This document shows, piece after piece, positions 1 through 5,421 of a DNA stretch of 5,421 bases. Each line of letters opens with the position of its first letter. Within the stretch, counting starts at the first letter, position 1. A model generated the notes under the pieces. It made no database searches and was not told the origin of the DNA. It saw only the letters and a list, made by a program, of their open reading frames with translations. The DNA is from a virus (lineage: Duplodnaviria; Heunggongvirae; Uroviricota; Caudoviricetes). A program made the translations under genes and the position numbers. Location: IMG/VR virus record IMGVR_UViG_2663763171_000006; one strand, written 5' to 3'.

Positions 1-10
1 GGGGCGGGAT

Positions 11-226
11 ATGTATCAGATGGAAAAAATATCAACAGGCATTGCCTACGGCACCTCCGCCGGCAGTGCCGGCTACTGGTTTTTGCAGTGGTTGGATCAG
101 GTCAGTCCATCACAGTGGGCTGCGATTGGTGTGCTGGGAAGTCTGCTTCTGGGGCTTCTGACTTATCTGACAAATCTGTATTTCAAAATAAGAGAAGACA
201 AGCGTAAGGCTGCGAGAGGTGAATAA
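11..226 (+). CDS. S: Phage pinholin (class II holin, phage 21 S21-like) with holin/antiholin dual start
   Basis: 71-aa ORF with two predicted TM segments ([22 protein letters not shown] and [23 protein letters not shown]) and a charged C-terminal tail ([13 protein letters not shown]). Near-identical, from memory, to the phage 21 S21 pinholin. Two in-frame Met codons at 11 and 20 (MYQMEK...) give the classical 71/68 antiholin/holin pair. The stop overlaps the next start (TAATG at 224-228). Confidence 0.85.
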   Translation: MYQMEKISTGIAYGTSAGSAGYWFLQWLDQVSPSQWAAIGVLGSLLLGLLTYLTNLYFKIREDKRKAARGE

Positions 227-723
227 TGTCGCCATCATTACGCAAGGCTGTTGCAGCTGCTATTGGTGGTGGGGCTGTTGCTATAGCATCTGTGTTAATC
301 ACTGGCCCAGGTGGTAACGATGGTCTGGAAGGTGTCAGCTACATACCATACAAAGATATCATTGGTGTATGGACTGTATGTCACGGACACACCGGAAAAG
401 ACATCATGCTCGGTAAAACGTATACCGAAGCAGAATGCAAAGCCCTCCTGAATAAAGACCTTGCCACTGTCGCCAGACAAATTAACCCGTACATCAAAGT
501 CGATATACCGGAAACAACGCGCGGCGCTCTTTACTCGTTCGTTTACAACGTGGGCGCTGGCAATTTCAGAACATCGACGCTTCTTCGCAAAATAAACCAG
601 GGCGATATCAAAGGCGCATGTGACCAGCTACGTCGCTGGACATATGCTGGCGGTAAGCAATGGAAAGGGCTGATGACCCGTCGTGAGATTGAGCGTGAAG
701 TCTGTTTGTGGGGGCAGCAATGA
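226..723 (+). CDS. R: SAR endolysin (T4-lysozyme-like muramidase, GH24; phage 21 R21-like)
   Basis: 165-aa ORF. N-terminal Gly/Ala-rich weakly hydrophobic signal-anchor-release segment ([23 protein letters not shown]) is followed by the lysozyme catalytic triad positions E35, D44, T50 ([18 protein letters not shown]). SD-like AGAGGTGA sits upstream, and the start overlaps the holin stop. Position immediately after the pinholin matches the pinholin/SAR-endolysin pairing. Confidence 0.85.
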   Translation: MSPSLRKAVAAAIGGGAVAIASVLITGPGGNDGLEGVSYIPYKDIIGVWTVCHGHTGKDIMLGKTYTEAECKALLNKDLATVARQINPYIKVDIPETTRGALYSFVYNVGAGNFRTSTLLRKINQGDIKGACDQLRRWTYAGGKQWKGLMTRREIEREVCLWGQQ

Positions 724-1184
724 GCAGAGTCACCGCGATTATCTCCGCTCTGGTTATCTGCATCATCGTCTGCCTGTCATGGGCTGTTAATCATTACCGT
801 GATAACGCCATTACCTACAAAGAGCAGCGCGACAAAAACGCAAGAGAACTGAAGCTGGCGAACGCAACCATTACTGACATGCAGCAGAGACAGCGTGATG
901 TTAATGCACTCGATGCTAAATACACGAAGGAGTTAGCTGATGCGAAAGCTGAAAATGAAACTCTGCGCGCTGATGTTGCCGCTGGTCGTCGTCGGTTGCA
1001 CATCAAAGCAGTCTGTCAGTCAGTGCGTGAAGCCACCACCGCCTCCGGCGTGGATAATGCAACCAGCCCCCGACTGGCAGACACCGCTGAACGGGATTAT
1101 TTCACCCTCAGAGAGCGGCTGATGACGATGCAGATGCAACTGGAAGGGGCACAGGAGTATATCCGCACTCAGTGCATTAAGTAG
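720..1184 (+). CDS. Rz: Rz i-spanin (inner-membrane spanin subunit), lambda Rz-like
   Basis: N-terminal TM helix ([20 protein letters not shown]) followed by a coiled-coil-like periplasmic domain; translation closely matches lambda Rz as I recall it. I place the start at the ATG at 720 (MSRVTAII...), which overlaps the endolysin TGA (ATGA at 720-723), rather than at the GTG at 708 used by the ORF track. Confidence 0.85.
   Translation: MSRVTAIISALVICIIVCLSWAVNHYRDNAITYKEQRDKNARELKLANATITDMQQRQRDVNALDAKYTKELADAKAENETLRADVAAGRRRLHIKAVCQSVREATTASGVDNATSPRLADTAERDYFTLRERLMTMQMQLEGAQEYIRTQCIK
940..1122 (+). CDS. Rz1: Rz1 o-spanin (outer-membrane lipoprotein) embedded in the +1 frame of Rz
   Basis: 60-aa ORF wholly inside Rz in another frame. 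It has a signal peptide with lipobox (LPLVVVGC, Cys20), a proline-rich mature region ([13 protein letters not shown]) and an AAGGAG SD 7 nt upstream of the ATG. It closely matches lambda Rz1 from memory. The true start may be Met1 (940) or Met6 (955). Confidence 0.8.
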   Translation: MRKLKMKLCALMLPLVVVGCTSKQSVSQCVKPPPPPAWIMQPAPDWQTPLNGIISPSESG

Positions 1185-1226
1185 CCTTTTTATCGTGGTA
1201 AACATTTCGCAGGGTATGAGGTATTT

Positions 1227-1577
1227 ATGCCATCACTAATCCCACGTGCCTGCCGTAAGCGTGGATGTGCAGGTACAACCACAGACAGTTCGGGTTACTG
1301 CGATAAACATCGCGGTGAAGGCTGGGTGCAGCACCAGCGCGGACTGAGCCGCCACCAGCGTGGCTATGGCTCAAAATGGACGGTGATTCGTGCCCGTATT
1401 CTGAAGCGCGATAAAGGTCTGTGTCAGTTGTGTCTGCGTGTCGGTGTGGTGAGCGAGGCGAAAACCGTCGACCACATCATCCCGAAAGCGCATGGCGGAA
1501 CAGACGCAGACAGCAACCTGCAGAGTCTGTGCTGGCCCTGCCATAAAGCGAAAACAGCGCGCGAACGAATCCGGTGA
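1227..1577 (+). CDS. HNH endonuclease (terminase-associated, HK97 gp74-like role)
   Basis: 116-aa ORF with Cys pairs (CRKRGC, CQLC, CWPCH) and an HNH core (TVDHIIPKAHGGTDADSNLQSLCWPCH). GAGGT SD lies 4 nt upstream of the ATG. It sits immediately upstream of the terminase small subunit, as in HK97-type packaging modules. Confidence 0.8.
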   Translation: MPSLIPRACRKRGCAGTTTDSSGYCDKHRGEGWVQHQRGLSRHQRGYGSKWTVIRARILKRDKGLCQLCLRVGVVSEAKTVDHIIPKAHGGTDADSNLQSLCWPCHKAKTARERIR

Positions 1578-1599
1578 TAATTATTCTCACTTGTAGGGA

Positions 1600-1659
1600 G
1601 GGGCGGGGCAAATCCCTGTGACCTGACGTCTTCCGGACTGCCCGCCCCATCGTTTTTTT
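1600..1659 (+). terminator. GC-rich imperfect inverted repeat plus T7 run: intrinsic-terminator-like element, alternatively part of the cos region
   Basis: GGGGCGGGGCA (1600-1610) pairs with TGCCCGCCCC (1639-1648) as a roughly 10-bp G/C stem with one bulged G, enclosing a 28-nt loop, followed by TTTTTTT at 1653-1659. It lies in the 121-bp gap between the HNH and small terminase genes. The loop is long for a canonical terminator, so the function is uncertain. Confidence 0.4.
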
Positions 1660-1698
1660 ATACCCGCGAAAAATGAAATTTAACCAGGAGTGCCGCAT

Positions 1699-2193
1699 AT
1701 GGCTGGAACGGCGGGGCGTTCCGGGCGTCGCCCCAAGCCAACGGCGCGCAAGGCGCTGGCCGGAAACCCCGGCAAGCGAGCCCTGAACAAAGATGAACCT
1801 GTTTTTACGCCCATCAAAGGTGTTGAGCCACCAGAGTGGTTCGCTGAAGAAGATCTCCCTCTCGCCACGATCATGTGGCAACTGACAACCAAAGAACTCT
1901 GCGGTCAGGGCCTGCTGTGCGTGACTGACCTGGCGGTACTTGAGCGGTGGTGCGTGGCCTATGAGTTCTGGCGACGTGCCGTGAAAAATATTGCCATACA
2001 GGGCAACACCATCACCGGTGCAATGGGCGGCAGGGTCAAAAATCCGGAGCTGACCGCCAAAAAAGAACAGGAGTCCGAGATGAGCAGCACGGGGGCAATG
2101 CTCGGACTCGACCCCAGCAGCCGCCAGCGTCTGATTGGCCTGGCGGGGCAGAAGAAAGCCACTAACCCGTTTCTGAAAATTATCGAATCATGA
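1699..2193 (+). CDS. Terminase small subunit (P27 family-like)
   Basis: About 165 aa with a basic N-terminus ([22 protein letters not shown]) and conserved position between HNH and large terminase. AGGAG SD at 1686-1690 sits 8 nt upstream of the ATG at 1699; the GTG at 1690 used by the ORF track lies inside the SD and is unlikely to be the start. The stop overlaps the large terminase start (ATGA at 2190-2193). Confidence 0.7.
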   Translation: MAGTAGRSGRRPKPTARKALAGNPGKRALNKDEPVFTPIKGVEPPEWFAEEDLPLATIMWQLTTKELCGQGLLCVTDLAVLERWCVAYEFWRRAVKNIAIQGNTITGAMGGRVKNPELTAKKEQESEMSSTGAMLGLDPSSRQRLIGLAGQKKATNPFLKIIES

Positions 2194-3923
2194 GCCGGAA
2201 ATCTTACCCCAACGTAAATGCTGCAAATCAGTATGCCCGGGATGTCGTGCGCGGAAAGATTGTTGCCTGCCAGTTTGTGATTCAGGCCTGCCAGCGCCAT
2301 CTTGATGACCTGATGGCGGAAAAAAGTAAGTCGTTTCGTTACCGCTTCGACAAGGACCTGGCTGAACGGGCCGCGAAATTTATTCAGCTGTTGCCGCACA
2401 CCAAGGGGGAGTGGGCATTCAAACGGATGCCCATCACGCTGGAGCCGTGGCAGCTATTTGTGATCTGCTGTGCGTTTGGCTGGGTCAATAAAGGCACCCG
2501 GTTGCGCCGCTTCCGGGAGGTGTACACCGAAATCCCCCGTAAGAACGGCAAATCAGCAATCTCTGCCGGTGTTGCCCTGTATTGTTTTGCCTGTGATAAC
2601 GAGTTTGGCGCGGAAGTGTATTCCGGTGCCACGACAGAGAAACAGGCGTGGGAAGTCTTTCGCCCGGCGCGACTGATGTGTAAACGCACACCCATGCTGA
2701 CGGAAGCGTTCGGGATTGAGGTTAACGCCTCAAACATGAACCGTCCGGAGGATGGCGCGCGGTTTGAACCGCTGATCGGCAACCCAGGTGATGGTTCATC
2801 ACCCCACTGTGCCGTGGTTGATGAATATCACGAGCATGCCACCGATGCGCTTTATACCACAATGCTTACCGGGATGGGGGCGCGACGTCAGCCACTGATG
2901 TGGGCCATCACCACCGCCGGGTACAACATTGAGGGGCCGTGCTACGACAAGCGGCGGGAAGTCATCGAGATGCTCAACGGCTCGGTGCCTAACGATGAAC
3001 TGTTCGGGATCATCTATACCGTTGATGAAGGTGACGACTGGACCGGCCCGCAGGTGCTGGAAAAAGCCAATCCAAATATTGGCGTGTCGGTTTATCGCGA
3101 ATTTTTGTTAAGTCAGCAGCAGCGTGCGAAAAATAACGCCCGTCTGGCAAACGTCTTTAAAACAAAACACCTCAATATCTGGGTGTCGGCGCGTTCGGCG
3201 TATTTCAACTTGGTGAGCTGGCAGAGCTGCGAGGATAAATCACTGACCCTTGAGCAGTTCGAGGGGCAGCCGTGCATTCTGGCCTTTGACCTGGCGCGTA
3301 AGCTGGATATGAACAGCATGGCGCGACTTTATACCCGCGAGATTGACGGTAAAACGCATTACTACAGTGTGGCCCCGCGTTTCTGGGTACCGTATGACAC
3401 GGTGTACAGCGTCGAGAAAAATGAAGATCGACGGACAGCCGAACGCTTTCAGAAATGGGTGGAAATGGGCGTTCTGACCGTTACCGATGGTGCGGAGGTG
3501 GATTATCGCTACATCCTCGAGGAGGCCAAAGCGGCGAACAAAATCAGCCCGGTCAGTGAGTCACCCATCGACCCCTTCGGGGCGACCGGGTTGTCACATG
3601 ACCTTGCTGATGAAGACCTGAATCCCGTCACTATCGTCCAGAACTTCACCAATATGTCCGATCCGATGAAAGAGCTGGAAGCAGCGATTGAATCGGGACG
3701 TTTTCATCATGACGGCAATCCCATCATGACCTGGTGTATCGGCAACGTGGTCGGCAAAAACATGCCGGGTAACGATGATGTGGTGAAACCCGTCAAAGAG
3801 CAGGCGGAAAACAAAATCGATGGTGCAGTTGCGCTGATTATGGCGGTTGGCAGAGCCATGCTGTACGAGAAAGAAGACACGCTGTCTGACCACATTGAGT
3901 CCTACGGGATCCGCTCGCTTTAA
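2190..3923 (+). CDS. Terminase large subunit (Terminase_1 / HK97-type TerL: ATPase plus nuclease)
   Basis: 577-aa ORF with a Walker A-like motif ([12 protein letters not shown]), acidic Walker B-like segments (e.g. CAVVDEYHE) and a C-terminal nuclease-like region containing acidic residues. Size and synteny (TerS, TerL, portal) are typical. Confidence 0.85.
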   Translation: MSRKSYPNVNAANQYARDVVRGKIVACQFVIQACQRHLDDLMAEKSKSFRYRFDKDLAERAAKFIQLLPHTKGEWAFKRMPITLEPWQLFVICCAFGWVNKGTRLRRFREVYTEIPRKNGKSAISAGVALYCFACDNEFGAEVYSGATTEKQAWEVFRPARLMCKRTPMLTEAFGIEVNASNMNRPEDGARFEPLIGNPGDGSSPHCAVVDEYHEHATDALYTTMLTGMGARRQPLMWAITTAGYNIEGPCYDKRREVIEMLNGSVPNDELFGIIYTVDEGDDWTGPQVLEKANPNIGVSVYREFLLSQQQRAKNNARLANVFKTKHLNIWVSARSAYFNLVSWQSCEDKSLTLEQFEGQPCILAFDLARKLDMNSMARLYTREIDGKTHYYSVAPRFWVPYDTVYSVEKNEDRRTAERFQKWVEMGVLTVTDGAEVDYRYILEEAKAANKISPVSESPIDPFGATGLSHDLADEDLNPVTIVQNFTNMSDPMKELEAAIESGRFHHDGNPIMTWCIGNVVGKNMPGNDDVVKPVKEQAENKIDGAVALIMAVGRAMLYEKEDTLSDHIESYGIRSL

Positions 3924-3934
3924 CTGAGGTAATT

Positions 3935-4117
3935 ATGATCATGCTGATTCTCGCGCCTCTGGTGGGCGTGCTGGGTGCGCTTTTGCTGGCGTATGGTGCC
4001 TGGCTGATTTATCCCCCGGCGGGTTTTGTTGTTGCCGGGGCGCTGTGCCTGTTCTGGTCGTGGCTGGTGGCGCGATATCTCGACCGTACACGGCAGTCTG
4101 TCGGCGGAGGTAAATAG
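3935..4117 (+). CDS. Hypothetical small membrane protein (60 aa, two predicted TM helices)
   Basis: GAGGT SD lies 5 nt upstream of the ATG. Two hydrophobic helices ([22 protein letters not shown] and [19 protein letters not shown]) are separated by a PPAG turn, with a basic C-terminal tail. Host-like codon usage (CTG, GCG, GTG rich). The 3' end carries the SD (GGAGG 4106-4110) and overlapping start (TAGTG) of the portal reading frame. Confidence 0.5.
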   Translation: MIMLILAPLVGVLGALLLAYGAWLIYPPAGFVVAGALCLFWSWLVARYLDRTRQSVGGGK

Positions 4118-5273
4118 TGTTCTTTTCGGGATTATTTCAACGAAAAAGCGATGTGCCGGTGACCACGCCAGCAGAACTGCTGATGCTATCGGGCTGTCAT
4201 ACGACACCTATACCGGAAAGCGGATCAGTAGCCAGCGGGCCATGCGCCTGACGGCGGTCTATTCTTGCGTCAGGGTGCTGGCAGAGTCTGTTGGTATGCT
4301 GCCCTGCAGTCTCTACAAAATCAGCGGTACCCTGAAAACACGGGCGGTGGATGAACGACTGCATAAGTTGGTTTCGGCAAAACCTAATGGCTACATGACA
4401 CCGCAGGAATTCTGGGAGCTGGTTATTGTCTGCCTGTGTCTACGGGGGAATTTTTACGCCTACAAGGTAAAGGCACTGGGAGAAGTGGTGGAGCTTCTTC
4501 CGATAGATCCGGGCTGTGTGGAACCGAAGCTGAACAGCCAGTGGCAGCCGGTTTATCAGGTGACGTTTCCGGATGGTTCCGTGGATGTGTTGACCCAGAA
4601 TGAAATCTGGCATGTGCGCACCCTGACGCTGGATGGACTTGTCGGGCTGAATCCCATTGCGTATGCGCGTGAGGCCATTTCACTGGCAGCGGCAACCGAG
4701 GAGCACGGTGCCAGGTTGTTTAGTAATGGTGCGGTGACATCCGGTGTGTTGCGTACGGAACAAAAGCTCACGCCGGATGCTTACGAGCGTCTGAAGAAAG
4801 ATTTTGAGGAGTGTCACACGGGGCTTGGCAATGCTCACCGCCCGATGATTCTGGAAATGGGGCTGGACTGGAAGTCGATGGCGCTGAACGCCGAGGACAG
4901 TCAGTTCCTGGAAACCCGCAAGTTTCAGCTGGAAGAAATCTGTCGTCTGTTCCGGGTGCCGTTGCACATGGTGCAGAACACCGATCGCGCCACCTTCAAC
5001 AATATCGAAGAGCTGGGGCTGGGATTTATCAACTATTCACTGGTGCCGTATCTGACCCGCATCGAACAGCGGATCAACACCGGACTGGTACGAAAAAGTA
5101 AGCAGGGCGTTTATTACGCCAAATTTAACGCCGGGGCGTTACTGCGCGGGGATATGAAGTCCCGTTTTGAAGCCTACGCCACCGGGATCAACTGGGGAAT
5201 TTACTCTTCCAATGACTGCCGCGACCTGGAAGATATGAATCCGCGTCCCGGTGGTGTAATGCCGATCAGTTAA
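4117..5273 (+). pseudogene. HK97-family phage portal protein, apparently disrupted (N-terminus in a different frame; 3' end abutting or interrupted by an IS element)
   Basis: A strong start (GGAGG, 6-nt spacer, GTG at 4117) opens a frame encoding a portal-like N-terminus (FFSGLFQRKSDVPVTTPAELLMLSG) that stops at 4249-4251. The conserved portal core (TGKRISSQRAMRLTAVYSCVRVLAESVGMLP ... LLRGDMKSRFEAYATG ... LEDMNPRPGG) is in the -1 frame (the ORF track's 4026..5273 frame). That frame has no ATG or GTG between 4035 and 4242 and a Cys/Arg/Trp-rich out-of-frame-looking N-terminus. The reading frame ends inside the inferred IS terminus. Confidence 0.6.
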
Positions 5274-5305
5274 GGATCAGTTGACCGATCCAGTGGCTGT
5301 GTAAG

Positions 5306-5340
5306 AATCCGGAAACGCTCACTTGTTTCCGGATTTTTTT
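5306..5340 (+). terminator. Perfect 11-bp hairpin plus T-run immediately upstream of the transposase start (intrinsic terminator / translation-occluding structure)
   Basis: AATCCGGAAAC (5306-5316) pairs perfectly with GTTTCCGGATT (5325-5335) around the 8-nt loop GCTCACTT, followed by a 7-T run at 5334-5340 (the first two Ts are in the stem). The ATG at 5341 follows at once. Confidence 0.5.
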
Positions 5341-5421
5341 ATGCACATTGGACAGGCTCTTGATCTGGTATCCCGTTACGATTCTCTGCGTAACCCACTG
5401 ACTTCTCTGGGGGATTACCTC
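5341..5421 (+). CDS. IS4-family (DDE) transposase, N-terminal 27 codons (partial, 3' truncated by window end)
   Basis: ATG at 5341 follows the hairpin/T-run directly with no SD. The translation MHIGQALDLVSRYDSLRNPLTSLGDYL is recalled as the start of the IS4 transposase (InsG). Only 81 nt are visible. Confidence 0.5.
   Translation, partial: MHIGQALDLVSRYDSLRNPLTSLGDYL

Larger units (their letters stand above)
5257..5421 (+). mobile_element. IS4-like insertion sequence, left end (partial, continues beyond the window)
   Basis: The ORF beginning at 5341 (MHIGQALDLVSRYDSLRNPLTSLGDYL) matches my recollection of the IS4 transposase N-terminus. The upstream sequence TAATGCCGATCAGTTAAGGATCAGTTGACCGATCC looks like an IS terminus (repeated GATCAGTT, three GATC sites). 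The left boundary near 5257 is approximate and inferred. Confidence 0.55.

Noticed and set aside
1-10. GGGGCGGG at the window start resembling the GGGGCGGGGCA motif at 1600
   Set aside because: Only 8-10 nt with no partner in view; too short to separate from chance in a GC-rich region, and the window cuts the upstream context.
295-480. 61-aa minus-strand ORF inside the endolysin gene
   Set aside because: Entirely antisense to a well-supported coding region, with no RBS and no recognisable protein features; typical antisense ORF noise.
708-719. GTG at 708 as the Rz start
   Set aside because: The ATG at 720 overlaps the endolysin stop (ATGA), and the product from 720 (MSRVTAII...) matches the Rz N-terminus; the four extra residues from 708 are unsupported.
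815-1205. Minus-strand ORFs 815..1006 and 1020..1205 overlapping Rz/Rz1
   Set aside because: Antisense to the spanin genes; Cys/Ser/Arg-rich low-complexity translations; no start context.
1690-1698. GTG at 1690 as the small terminase start
   Set aside because: The GTG lies inside the AGGAG Shine-Dalgarno sequence itself; the ATG at 1699 has correct spacing.
1477-2399. Minus-strand ORFs 1477..1881 (134 aa), 1680..1892 (70 aa) and 1959..2399 (146 aa)
   Set aside because: They overlap the HNH, small terminase and large terminase genes on the opposite strand and read across the structured intergenic element; Arg/Ser/Gly-rich out-of-frame composition; no SD.
2384-3319. ORFs inside the large terminase gene: minus-strand 2384..2782, 2485..2691 and 3113..3319; plus-strand alternative-frame 2470..2676 and 2929..3111
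   Set aside because: All lie inside the strongly supported large terminase frame; their composition (Arg/Cys/Ser-rich) is typical of off-frame translation of a GC-rich gene.
3594-3895. Minus-strand ORFs 3594..3893 and 3707..3895 in the large terminase 3' region
   Set aside because: Antisense to the terminase C-terminal domain; no independent support.
4026-4116. TTG start at 4026 for the portal (ORF-track start, 415 aa)
   Set aside because: TTG has no SD and would put the portal N-terminus 90 nt inside the small membrane ORF; the resulting N-terminus is Cys/Arg/Trp-rich and unlike a portal. The GTG at 4117 with GGAGG upstream is a much better start, but it is in another frame, hence the frameshift call.
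3920-4207. 95-aa minus-strand ORF antisense to the small membrane ORF and portal start
   Set aside because: Highly basic, low-complexity product (Arg/Gln/His-rich), antisense to two better-supported plus-strand frames.
4423-5101. ORFs inside the portal gene: minus-strand 4423..4695, 4556..4771 and 4680..4967; plus-strand alternative-frame 4811..5101
   Set aside because: All lie inside the conserved portal core frame; no start signals; off-frame composition.
1-5421. Possibility of a defence system, CRISPR array, tRNA or integration site in the window
   Set aside because: No direct repeats with spacers, no tRNA-like cloverleaf candidates, and every sizeable ORF is accounted for by lysis, packaging, portal or IS functions. 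I found nothing beyond the features listed.

Overview
This window is a segment of a lambdoid prophage with an HK97-type head/packaging module, with enterobacterial (E. coli-like) codon usage; every supported gene is on the + strand. In order: (1) a complete lysis cassette at 11-1184, made of an S21-like pinholin with a holin/antiholin dual start, an R21-like SAR endolysin, and the Rz i-spanin with the Rz1 o-spanin lipoprotein embedded in its +1 frame; (2) a DNA packaging module at 1227-3923, made of an HNH endonuclease, a structured GC-rich intergenic element (terminator-like, possibly part of cos), a P27-family small terminase and a large terminase; (3) a 60-aa two-helix membrane ORF at 3935-4117 tightly coupled between the terminase and portal genes; (4) an HK97-family portal gene at 4117-5273 that looks disrupted, with its N-terminus in a different frame from its body and its 3' end running into (5) the left end of an IS4-like insertion sequence from about 5257, whose transposase begins at 5341 and runs off the window. 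I see no rRNA, tRNA or CRISPR array. I do not find evidence for an undescribed system: everything maps onto known phage modules. The observations most worth a second look are the apparent portal frameshift, the IS insertion, the small membrane ORF and the candidate cos element. All homology statements come from reading the translations and from recalled reference sequences, not from a database search.
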